Assembly (NCBI GenBank): GCA_037447605.1
Contig: CM074816.1
Span: 1,702,525-1,766,524 of the forward strand
Origin: Zygnema circumcarinatum SAG 698-1b
Taxonomy: Eukaryota > Plantae > Zygnematophyceae
Length of the DNA stretch: 64,000 nt
Reading direction: 5' to 3'
This document shows, in pieces, positions 31,274-41,473 of this stretch; position 1 is the first letter of the stretch, and every line of letters starts with the position of its first letter. The notes under the pieces are model-generated. The model was not told the origin of the DNA. It saw only the letters and a list, made by a program, of their open reading frames with translations, and did no database searches. The translations under genes were made by a program, and so were the position numbers.

Positions 31274-33526
31274 AGTGGTATCAGAGCGCTGGACCAGGCA
31301 GAAGGTGGAGACAGTCAGAAGATTGGAGTGCCGTTGTTTACTGGCACTAACTACAAGACATGGAGGTGGCGAATGAAGAAAGTGCTGCTGAGCAAGGACC
31401 TTTTTGGAGTCGTTGATGGCTTGGAGGAGAGACCAACCTCCGGTGCAGAAGCCAAGGAGTGGCTCCGAAAGGACAGGAAAGCTCAGGCCCTCTTTGCCAT
31501 AACTGTGAGTGATGCACGGTCAGTTCCGTTGCAAGAACTAGAAACTAGTGCTGAAATATGGACAAGTTTGCAGCAGGTGTATGATAGGCCGTCTGAGACA
31601 ACTGCTGTCTACTTATATTCAGAACTAAGAAAGCTCAAAATGTCCGAAGATGAAGAACTGACTGATTATATGGAGAAATTCGATAGCTTAATGCACAGGT
31701 TTGCTATTGCTAGGAAGCCATTGGACGAAGATCATCAGATCAGTGTCTTTCTGTTGGGTCTACCGAAGAGATTTGAGCTAACAGTCGTTTCCCTTAAATC
31801 ATTACTCACCGTTACAAAACTAACCGTGAGCGAGTTGAAGGGAAGGGTGAAAGATGATGATGAGACTCAGAAGGAGAAGGAGGCTAAGGGAGAAGCTGAC
31901 AAGGTGCTGGCGCTCAGATGGAGTCAGCATAAGCCCAAAGGAGATGGGAGACCCAAGGCGGGCAAGGGTGGCCCGGGCCCAAAGAAGAACCTGAGTTGTT
32001 ACAATTGTGGGAAGCTGGGACACCTGAGGACCAATTGCACGGAGCCGAAGAAGGACGATGCCAGTGGAGCGGGGCCTTCTAGGCCGGCTGCAAAGGAGAA
32101 GGTCAAAGGAGCTTGTTACAAATGTGGGAAGTTTGGCCACTTCAAGGCAAACTGTCCTGACGGCAATTCTGACAAGAATCTGATGATTGCTGAAGGCGAG
32201 TATTCAGAATTTGTCAATGGAATCCACGTGAAGGATTCAGGCTTGAGACCTTGGCTGATTGATTCAGGAGCATCCAAGCATATGTGTGTGGATGAGTCAC
32301 TCTTTGTGGAGAAGAAGGCGTTGCAGCATGCGCGGTCTGTCTACTCTGCCACTGGAGATGGAGTTCAGGTGACTCAAGGAGGATCGGTCGAGTTGGAGGT
32401 ACTCAATGGGGGTGTAGGGGCAGTTTTGACCGTAGGGAATGTGCTGCACACCCCAGGACTACAGAATAATTTCCTTTTTGTGAGTCAGATCTGCGAGGAA
32501 GGCTGTAAGGTGTGGTTTGACAAAGTGGCGTGCGCAGTAGTTGACGAGAATACCGGAAGGACCCTTTGTAGAGGCATGCAAAAGAATGGCCTTTACTTTC
32601 TAAATTGGGGAGGGAAGCCGGTTGAGGTGGTCAATGCAGTTGCAGAGGATCCCAAAGTTCAGCTTTGGCACCGCAGACTAGGACACCTTGGATATAGAGG
32701 GCTGAAGCGCCTTGCAGATGAGCAGTTAGTCAGAGGACTAGACTTGGAGGACGTTAGGGGAGAAGGACACGGAGTTTGCGAGAATTGTGTCGCAGGGAAA
32801 GCTCATAGGCGACCGTTTGGACAAGGAGCGGAGGCACAAATTTCTCGTGAGAAACTGGAGCTGGTGCACACGGACTTGTGTGGCCCCGTGTCCCCTACAA
32901 GTAAAGGTGGGGCTAGTTATTTCATCACTTTTCTTGATGACTGCTCAAGGAAAGTATGGGTGAAATTACTCACTAAGAAATCAGAAGCCTTTGATGCTTT
33001 CAAAGAGTGGCAGCTGCGGGCTGAGAGAGAGACAAGATTGAAGTTGAAGACTCTTAGGTCTGACAATGGTGGGGAGTACACCTCTCATCGGTTCAGAGAC
33101 TACCTGAAGTCCCTGGGAGTGAAGCACGAGTTCACTGCACCCTATTCTCCTCAGAGCAACGGAGCTGCCGAGAGGATGAACAGGACGCTAGGAGACATGG
33201 CGAGAACGATGTTGAGTGAGCCGCCATTCCCGTTAACTTTTTGGTCAGAGGCGATCATGACGGCATCCTATATTCGAAATAGGTGCCCCACATCTGCTTT
33301 GAAGGATAGAGTTCCAGAGGAAGTGTGGACGGGCACTAAGCCGAATGTGCAGCATCTTAGAGTGTGGGGCTCAAAGTGCTTCATTGCTGTCCCAAAGCAG
33401 AAGCAGAATCAGAAGTTCAGTCCTCGTGCTGTGGAAGGCTATTTTCTTGGCTATAATGAAGATAGTCCGACTTACCGAATTTGGAATCCGGTCACCAAGC
33501 AGGTAGAGAGAAGTCGTGACTTGTAA
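31223..33526 (+). CDS. Copia gag-protease-integrase ORF (intact 5' part of gag-pol)
   Basis: FTGTNYKTWRWRMKKVL (gag N-terminus), two CCHC knuckles (CYNCGKLGHLRTNC, CYKCGKFGHFKANC), protease WLIDSGASKH, WHRRLGH...CENC, integrase LELVHTDLCGP / LRSDNGGEY / PQSNGAAERMNRTL. The first ATG (31223) lies inside the 5' LTR. Confidence 0.93.
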   Translation: MSSSEASSSRSGGTVSTSGIRALDQAEGGDSQKIGVPLFTGTNYKTWRWRMKKVLLSKDLFGVVDGLEERPTSGAEAKEWLRKDRKAQALFAITVSDARSVPLQELETSAEIWTSLQQVYDRPSETTAVYLYSELRKLKMSEDEELTDYMEKFDSLMHRFAIARKPLDEDHQISVFLLGLPKRFELTVVSLKSLLTVTKLTVSELKGRVKDDDETQKEKEAKGEADKVLALRWSQHKPKGDGRPKAGKGGPGPKKNLSCYNCGKLGHLRTNCTEPKKDDASGAGPSRPAAKEKVKGACYKCGKFGHFKANCPDGNSDKNLMIAEGEYSEFVNGIHVKDSGLRPWLIDSGASKHMCVDESLFVEKKALQHARSVYSATGDGVQVTQGGSVELEVLNGGVGAVLTVGNVLHTPGLQNNFLFVSQICEEGCKVWFDKVACAVVDENTGRTLCRGMQKNGLYFLNWGGKPVEVVNAVAEDPKVQLWHRRLGHLGYRGLKRLADEQLVRGLDLEDVRGEGHGVCENCVAGKAHRRPFGQGAEAQISREKLELVHTDLCGPVSPTSKGGASYFITFLDDCSRKVWVKLLTKKSEAFDAFKEWQLRAERETRLKLKTLRSDNGGEYTSHRFRDYLKSLGVKHEFTAPYSPQSNGAAERMNRTLGDMARTMLSEPPFPLTFWSEAIMTASYIRNRCPTSALKDRVPEEVWTGTKPNVQHLRVWGSKCFIAVPKQKQNQKFSPRAVEGYFLGYNEDSPTYRIWNPVTKQVERSRDL

Positions 33527-35500
33527 TCACGAGGAATTCCACAAGCGTACCGAAAAGTTGGGCAGCGTGGAAGGACGTGAACACACGAGCAGTTGGGATG
33601 TTTCCATGGTTCTCAGATGATTGAAGAGTTTGAGGTGGTAGAACCGGATGTTCAGAGTAGCCACAAATGGGCGGTCGCTAGCCAGCTGGGGCCTCACCCG
33701 AGGAAGGCCCAATCGAATGGGATGCACCCGAGGAGGAAGACTTTAAGTGCGGCCCGTGAGACGAGTCAAGAAGAGACTGAGAAACCTTCTTACGGGGGCC
33801 ATTGAGGAGGAGTGCTCGACCTACTGTGAGCAACACAGGTACAGTTGTGCGACTTCGCCAACAACCTGCTTGGAAGATGACGAGAAAAGAAGAAGGTTAG
33901 GACACTAGTGACTCAGTGATTTCTTGAGGCATAGCAACCGCCTGCATGATGGCGCGCATTTGAGAACCTCAAAGCTATGGAGAAGCTTTGCAAGGTGAGA
34001 TTCTGAAAAGTGGAGAATTGGCATTGATAGTGAACAAGCGACTGGAGGAAAATGGAACGTGGAGATTAGAGGAGCTTCCTAAGGGTAAGAAAGCTATTGG
34101 CTGTAAATGGGTATTCAAGGTGATTGGCGCCGAGGATGGGAGAAAAGTGGATGCGGCTTCAAGGCTAGAGGCTGAGGTGGCAAGGGTATATAAGGAGGAT
34201 GATACTCGGAAACCTTTGCACCCGGTGGTAAAGTTCAACTCTTAAACTCATTTCATTTCATTCTGATAGGCTGAGAAGATGCATGTCCATCAGCTTGATA
34301 TTAAGACTGCATTTCTCTATGGGGATCTTAGTGAAGAGATCTATATGGAGCAACCGGAGGGCACGGTAGTAGTAGGCAAGGAGCACCTTGTATGCAGGCT
34401 GGTGAAGAGCCTTTACGGGCTCAAGCAGGCACCCGGATCACAGTACCAGATCGATGATCTTTGCGGAGGAAGTGGATACAGTCTTTGTCCGGACCTCGGT
34501 CTACGGCAAAGATGCAGGGAGAGAGAGCTTTTGTATGTGGGCATTCGTTGATGATCGATCATTATTAGTTCTTCCATGGAAAGCTTATTCAGAGTCACGG
34601 GACTTGATGAAGAAGAACTTTCAGTTGTCCCGGACTTAGGGGGCCCAATACTTGTGGAATTGACTCAAGAGGGGCCAGGTGGCGGTTGTTCCTTAGTCAA
34701 GAGAAGTATGCAAAGGATGTCTTGGCTAAATTCAGAATGGACAAGTGCACTCCATGCACAAGTCCCATGGACCCTTCCCAAAGGCTTTCGGCGGCAATGT
34801 CTTGATCCGTGAAGAAGTGTAGCAGAAGAGGATGGAAGCGTTCCATCACAATTCTGACCATCGGACTTAATGTACTTGATGATAGGCACAAGGCCAGACC
34901 TGGCTAAGGCAGTTAGCACAACGAGTAGGTACATGGAATTTCTAGGGGCGAGGCATTGGGAGGCCGTGAAGAGGATCTTCAAGTTCACAGGGGACTCTTG
35001 ACTATGGGATCAAGTTTGGCAGGAATGGAAGTGAGGTGTATGGTTATACGGATGCAGTTGGGGAAGCGGCGTGGAAGCTGTGGACCTACCTCGGCTATGC
35101 ATTCATGAATAGTGGGGGAGTGGTGACTTGGAGCTCCAAGCTCCAGGATTCAGTGGCACTCTCAAGTACTGAAGCTGAGTACATGGCAGCGTGCCATGCG
35201 GCCAAGGAAGCAGCTTGGTTGCAGCAGTTCTTTGAAGAGTGTGAGAGGCCTCAAACTCCCTTGCAGTTGTTTACAGATAACCAGTCCTCAATGACTTTGA
35301 TGCAAAATCCAGTTTTTCACAAGAGGTCAAAGCACATAAGAATTGATATCATTTTGTCGCGTGAGCTTGTAGTTGAAAAGAATATTTGTAACATATGTTG
35401 TACGAAAGACGAGGCAACAGACATGCTCACAAAAGGGGTCAATGGAGAGACGTTGTGGAAAAACAGCATGCTCTTAGGATTGGGGCCTCAAAGGAACTAA
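33527..35500 (+). pseudogene. Copia reverse transcriptase / RNase H, frameshifted in this assembly
   Basis: Fragments in shifting frames: KKAIGCKWVFKV, HQLDIKTAFLYGDLSEEIYMEQPEG, LVKSLYGLKQAP, TRPDLAKAVS, WSSKLQDSVALSSTEAEY, DNQSS...NPVFHKRSKHI. Confidence 0.85.
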
Positions 35501-35516
35501 GTACCAAGAGGGGGAG

Positions 35517-36329
35517 TGTTAGTGTACATTAGTTAGTGGTACATAGTTAGTGAGTGCATGTGTTTGTTTGGGAGTCTAGAAGGGCTAGGCGGTAGAGCTA
35601 GGGTCAAACTAGTGTCAAGCTAGGAGTTCAGAGGTGTGCATAAAGACACCGGAGGCGCGAGTAACGAGAGGCCGTCGGAACAAGAGTCCGTACCGAATGT
35701 GAACGGCCGGCTGTGGCGACGGAGTTCGAAATGGCGCGCAGTGACGTGACGTGGCGCGGCGCGCAACTAAGGGCGCGTGACGTGGCGCGGCGCGCAACTA
35801 AAGGCGTGTGACGTGACAGACGCGAAACGAAGGCGCGTGACGTGACAGACGTGCAGGCGCAGACGCGTGGCGAAATCAGCGCTTAGTGTGTGCTAGTGCG
35901 CTCTTAGTGTGTGCTAGTGCGGGGTTGGTAGTCGCCCATGGTTGTTGCTTTGGGCGAAGTATAAGTTGAGAGGGAGAACTTTGAGACTTAACCCTGAGTG
36001 TAGACTGCGAGAAGCAGTAGGTGTAGCTTGCCGGAATGTGGTGGAGCCTCACAGCTTGAGGGTGGTAGTCTTGTAGTGGAGTAGAGGTGCAGGGGAGGGG
36101 CTCTTGCTGCACGCTTGTACTTCAATCTGAAAGTTAAGAGTTTTAGGCCGTTGTGCTTTCTCTTAATTCATTTCTTTCTGTTCTATCTTTCATTCTTTGC
36201 TTGGGGCTGTTTTAAGCTTTGTGAGTGAGATCTTGTGCTTCCGCAAAGGTGGCGTCTCCTAGTCCTAGGCGTGGAGAGATGTCCTCATCAGAGGCATCCT
36301 CCAGCAGGTCAGGGGGCACCGTTTCAACA
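35517..36329 (+). repeat. Copia 3' LTR (813 bp)
   Basis: Direct repeat of 30466-31273, preceded by a polypurine tract. Confidence 0.95.
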
Positions 36330-37048
36330 CTCTGTCCTCGTAGGTCCCCCCGCTAAAGCATTGCAGGTAAAGTCGGCAGCTGTCGCTATGCTTGCCGATC
36401 TTGATGTGAAATCCTTCGTGCTTGTAGTGCTCGGTCATGACTTGTACAAGCTCATCGCGAGTCTTATACTCAGTCATTTCTGTGGAAATTGCAAACCGAG
36501 AAGAGGAGGGGAGGGGAGGGCAGGGGAGGGGAGGGAAGGGGAGGGGAGAGGAGGGGAGGGAAGAGGACGGGAGGGGAAGGAAGGGGAGGGGTTACCACCT
36601 TCCGACATATCCAAAACGGGTGAGGAGGGGGGATAGCCAAAATGGGAGGGCGGGTTTTCAAAAAAAAATGGGGCGGATAATCCAAAAAGGGGGCCGAAGT
36701 ATCATTTTCCCTCTTCCTTTCGCTCACGCGCTTGCGCATGCATGCGAGAGCCGTCGGGCGCTATGTTCAACAACTGCTTGCGTCTCCTCCTGGCACGCGA
36801 GACCGTACTCATAATGCTATTTTTTAGAAACCGTGAAACGCTGTCGAGCCTGGCCGCTTCTGACTGGCTCGCGGTTGTAGCGTAACGGAGCTGCGTTCGA
36901 CGGATTTGCGTCAGTTCAATTGTACTTGACGTATGCCTCTTCCGTGTCACGGATCAACGGAATCCAGGAGCTGCCAACGGAGATTGAGAGAAGGCGGCGC
37001 CATGCGTTGGCGGCCCACAGAACAGCACACCATCCAGCNNNNNNNNNN

Positions 37049-40000
37049 GACATGATGCCCATGTGTGCATGCGGAGACTCTCAAGTGAGAAGGCCCGGAA
37101 GGGGAAAGAGGCAGCAGCAGGGAACTCACCTGCAGAGATCACCTTCATGGATATGCTCCCGGCTGCTCCCACACCACCGAGAACACCGGCTCCCTTTCGC
37201 CCGCCTCCACCTCCTTCACCCGCTTACACCATCCTGCAACGACCACCTATCCATCTGCACCCCATGGACTCCCCTTCCCTGTCAAACGTATTGGGTGCTG
37301 AGACCGATCCTGCTGCCCGATCACGCAATGCCCAGGTTGCCGCGGCATTTCAACCGGCCTTGTCCGAATCCCCCATCACTTCTGAAGCGGATGCTCAAGC
37401 CCGGATCGCCGAGATTGCAACTGCCCTTCGCAGGCTCCCTGTCAACCGAAGCGATCCTCATTCTCATCCCCTGCCATTCCTCCCTGCCAATGTCAACGGC
37501 GCCAGTTCCTCGGGCACGGCTCCACCGGTCGCCACCCCTGTCCGAAGAACTTCAGTCATCCCTCCCTTCACGGGTCATCCCTTGGGATCCCTGCCTGAGG
37601 AGGAAATTGAAGATCTCAATGAAGAGGAGCCGACAGCGGCGCAGCCAGAGCCGACGCCACCGGCGACCGAAGAGATGCACGTCAACCCTCCACATCGTCC
37701 TCGAGCAGCCCGTTTCTACCCCCAAGCAGCCGATCGTCGACCACCCCCCCCGACAGACGGCCTATCCCTGATTGAACGCATGGTTCATCATCGCAGGAGA
37801 CAAAGGCTAAGATAAGCATTACCTTGTCGCGATTGTCACGGCTTGTACAGTCTTTGCCGTAGTAGTTAGCTAGCCGGCTTGGTCGCGAGAAGGCCACCTT
37901 CGCGGCCTCCGGTTCCTATAGCATCTCCTCCGGAAGTCCCCTCGCCAGCCGATATCCATCACATGGCGACGGCGCCTCCTCCGGACCCAGTTCGCTCTCC
38001 CCGCCATCCTCCTCGCCACATTCAGATCCTCCCTCTGATCCCCACACCCAACGTGCGAATCATTGTCAATGTATGGCTCAACGGTCATCCCAGCAAAGCC
38101 ATGATCGACACAGGAGCCATGCGCACAGTTCTGTCCAAGCTTGTGATGAAGGCTGCAGGGGTTAAGTTGGACAAGACACTTGAGCCCATTCCCCGATATG
38201 TGGGGGTTGAAGAGCTTACATGGTGGGCGGCCAAGTAGTCCATCGATCTTGGCGAGATACGACCCACGGTGAATCACGGTCATCCACGGCGAACACTATT
38301 CTATCTCTTTGGGCTCAGATTGGCTCATCGCGATGGGAGCACAAATCGACTTTGCTACATGTCAACTGCACTTATCTGCTGGCGGGACAGCCTGCTCCTT
38401 TCCCATCATCCTCGAGTCCCTTACCACCTCCCGCCCCCAAGCGCCACGCCCGCGGTAGGTCTCCTACCAGGAGATACCATGTACCCATTCGGTGGCGGCC
38501 CCTTACTTCTTATGGATGCGGCCCGAATTACGATACGATGGCAGGAACTCCCCTCTGCTCCTGTAACAAACACGCGGCGCAGAGTTTTAGACACAAGACA
38601 CTCCGGTACCCACACGATGCCCCACCATTAAAACAACGCGGTCTTAAGTACTAGGCCATACAACAAATGTATAGCGTTTACGCTACATTCCTCCCCCCAC
38701 CTAAACGGGCTGGAGTCACCGGCGCACTCAAAGAGTTTTCACGGCGGCGTTCAGCTCGCCCGACACATGCGCCCACGGCGGTCTCGGCCCCTCGAGGCCA
38801 GCGACAACCATTACCATGCTCCGCGGTGTTTTTAGGGTGGATTACAAATACGGGCAGCTACGATACCAATGTAACAAACACCGCGCAATGTTTGAACACA
38901 AAGACCTCCCGCAGTACCCACGGTGCTTTACCATTAAAGGCAGCAGCGGATATAAGTACTAGGCCACCCACAACACATATAGCGTTTAGCTACATCCCCT
39001 CCCGAGATCCGGCTCTCGGTGCGCCCGGCGGAAGAAGCCCCATTGCGGTAGTGATACACACTTGACTTTCCCCACATGAGACCATCGGTGATGAGGAGTG
39101 GTTGGAAATAGAGGGGCAGATGCGATTAGGGCCTGCAGTCCTCTCAGACCCGATCAAGCATTCTCAACTACGCCAAGTGCTGCGCCGAAATCACCTAGTT
39201 TTCGCACGACATTCACTCGACATCGGCAAGACTCACTTGATTGAGCACCACATCGATATGGGGGATTCGCCTCCCGTGATGACCACGACTCCTCACAGCT
39301 TTCCACGTAGCGCCTTGAGCGATGTCGAAGCAACCAGTCGGCGAAGCATTAGCTGCCGGATTGATGGAACACGGAGAAGGGCCGTGGGTAGCCGGCGTTA
39401 CGCTTTAAAGCGGATAGCACACTCCGCTTCTGTGGGGACTACCGAAAACTGAATGCAATAACGAAGTGGGATCCCTACACATTACCGGATGTGGACCTGA
39501 TTCTCCACGGTGTCTCCCACGATGACCGATTGGTTCTACGGCACTTGACATGCGAAATCGCCACGGCAAATCCCCACGCGGCGGGCCACGTCCCGCAAGG
39601 CAGGAAGCCGCGCGACCCGCAGCGCTTTGTGCGGTCAGGCGGTGCTTCCATTGAGCTCAAGAATTCCGGTCAGACCGCAGTAGCACAGCCAGCGGTATTT
39701 ATTTGTCGTGCCTTACGAGCCTTCGTGGATGATGCCCCGATCCACGGCAAGGTGATCCTCCCACGCAACATTGACCAAGTCCTGCAACAGCTCATCAGTG
39801 CGCGTCTGAAGATTGCACCCAAGAAGTGCAAATGGGGCCACCAAGAGATCACTCATCTCAGGCACCGCCTCGGCATCAATGGCCTGAAACCATCACTCGA
39901 TAAGATTGAAGCGATTGCCCTTATGCCGATTCCACAGACCCTCACTCAGCTCAAGTCTTTCTTGGGGCTCACCTCATTCTATCGCCGGTTCATCAAAGGC

Positions 40001-40521
40001 TATGCCCGCTATCGCCACGTCCCACACCATGCCTTGGAAGCCGCAGGAGTCCAATACGAATGGGCAGTAGCGGGATTTGTCCGCAGCGGCTCAAGAGTGC
40101 CCTCGCCGAGGCTCGCTGCACGCATCAATTTGACCCCACCCTTCCACCATTGTGGCGCCCATTTGAGTCCGAGACAGGCTTTAGGCGGTAGCCAGCCAAG
40201 CATTCTCAGATGGGGAACACCCGGTCAGTTTTGCAAGCAGGGTCTGTTCAGAAACCGAGACCAAGTATAGCCCTACTGAGGGAGAGGCCGCGGCTATCCT
40301 CTGGGCACTCGAGAAGTTCAAGCTCTTCACGGCCTACCAGCCCGTTATCATCCGGACTGACCACATGCCCCTCACTTGGCTGCACATCATGGCTACCCTA
40401 CGCCCTAAGTTTGCACGATGGGTGATGAAGTTGGAGGAGTATAATGTGCTTAAGGTCACCCACCGTCCCGGCCGTAGTCACGGCAATGCTGACGGCCTCA
40501 GTCGCAATCCTTCGGCTCCCC
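37049..40521 (+). mobile_element. Degenerate Ty3/gypsy retrotransposon internal region (gag-like, protease, RT, RNase H); integrase and LTRs not resolved
   Basis: Protease AMIDTGAMRTVL (about 38095-38130); RT IGKTHLIEHHIDMGDSPPV, FVDD, KCKWG, LKSFLGLTSFYRRFIKGYA; RNase H TEGEAAAILWALEKF, RTDHMPLTWL, ARWVMKLEEY, HRPGRSHGNADGLSR. RT-before-RH without an upstream INT indicates gypsy order. Both ends abut N gaps. Confidence 0.85.
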
Positions 40522-41473
40522 NNNNNNNNNNACCTCTGAATCCCCCGGATCCTGGCTCTATGCTGCAGGCAGACCCACAGCACCACCCCAACCCTACGTC
40601 AGTTTCAGCACGGACACGCGAGTGGCCGTACAGCACCTGCAGCTAGCTCAGCAGTCTTTGTTTAACCCCACTTATCTTGTGCTACACGGTCCAGCCAAAA
40701 ACAAACGCAAATGTTATCGTACCGTGTCGTACCGTGTGGCATCGTATCGTTGTACAGTAGTCGATAGTGTCACGTAGCGTCCCGATAGTTCTCATGCTGT
40801 ACCTTTTCGTACGATAGATCGTCCGTAAATTCGTTTGTCGTTTCTGGAATTTTCCTCGCCTTCGCGCCACGACACCAGGCGAACCTAGAACCAATCAGGG
40901 CGCATGGATGACGTGGAGGCGATCGTTTTATTATATAAACCGTACAGCTCTCATCTGCATTTTGGGGGATTTGTTATACTTCTTCTAATTTAGTTTACCA
41001 TGACGACGGAATTCCAAGCGGCCGCGAGGGCGATTGACCGAAACTTGTCGTACTTATAACCGTATCGTGAACTCCTGACCGTTAAAATTCACCTACGTGG
41101 CAGATCTAACGGTTCAAGATTTCTAGAAGATCTTGGAAACGTTGAATAGTCAAGAAAGTCAGCGTTCCTTGTGACGTGAACAAGAAACTGAACTGAACTA
41201 AACTTTAACAGGGACATAGATTCCTGGAACCCTTTCAGGATTCAGAGCTTCACTGCAGCTTCACCTTTGAAACGCTCACCAGCAGGTTCCCTCTCGCCCG
41301 ACTTCTGCCTCTTTTTGGAGCAATTTACCGCCTTCTGTATGCATAGCTGCACAAATTTTAACAAACATACAGTAGTTTGACTCGTTCTCTTTACTTTAAT
41401 AGCATTTCCGGGCTCTGAAACCCTGTATTTTTCCTGCAAATCAGCTCTAACGCGAGGGTACAAGCTGCGGGAA

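Larger units (their letters stand above)
30466..36329 (+). mobile_element. Full-length Ty1/copia LTR retrotransposon
   Basis: 5' LTR 30466-31273 and 3' LTR 35517-36329 (both TGTT...AACA). 5-bp TSD CTCTG at 30461-30465 and 36330-36334. PBS TGGTATCAGAGC at 31276-31287 (tRNA-iMet). PPT AAGAGGGGGAG at 35506-35516. Domain order gag-PR-INT-RT-RH. Confidence 0.97.
30401..36477 (-). pseudogene. Remnant N-terminus of a MULE/FAR1-type transposase, split by the copia element
   Basis: Removing the copia plus one TSD joins 36477-36330 to 30460-30401 into MTEYKTRDELVQVMTEHYKHEGFHIKIGKHSDSCRLYLQCFSGGTYEDRGQEESSKTRNSSSRLKNCPF. This resembles the GF-x-I...C-x2-GG-x-Y...S-x3-CPF pattern of FAR1/WRKY-GCM1 DNA-binding domains of MULE transposases (pattern recognition, not a database search). 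Confidence 0.7.
29975..36710 (-). mobile_element. Mutator-like (MULE) non-autonomous element, about 870 bp, interrupted by the copia insertion
   Basis: About 105-bp imperfect TIRs (29975 GGAAATGATACTTCG... / ...CGAAGTATCATTTTCC 36710). Identical 9-bp flanks CTCTTCCTT at 29966-29974 and 36711-36719; a 9-bp TSD is diagnostic of the Mutator superfamily. Confidence 0.88.

Noticed and set aside
36945-40686. Candidate gypsy LTR ends (TGTCACGG at 36945; ...GTGCTACA at about 40686)
   Set aside because: Flanks (TTCCG vs CGGTC) do not form a TSD, and N gaps prevent LTR-LTR comparison.
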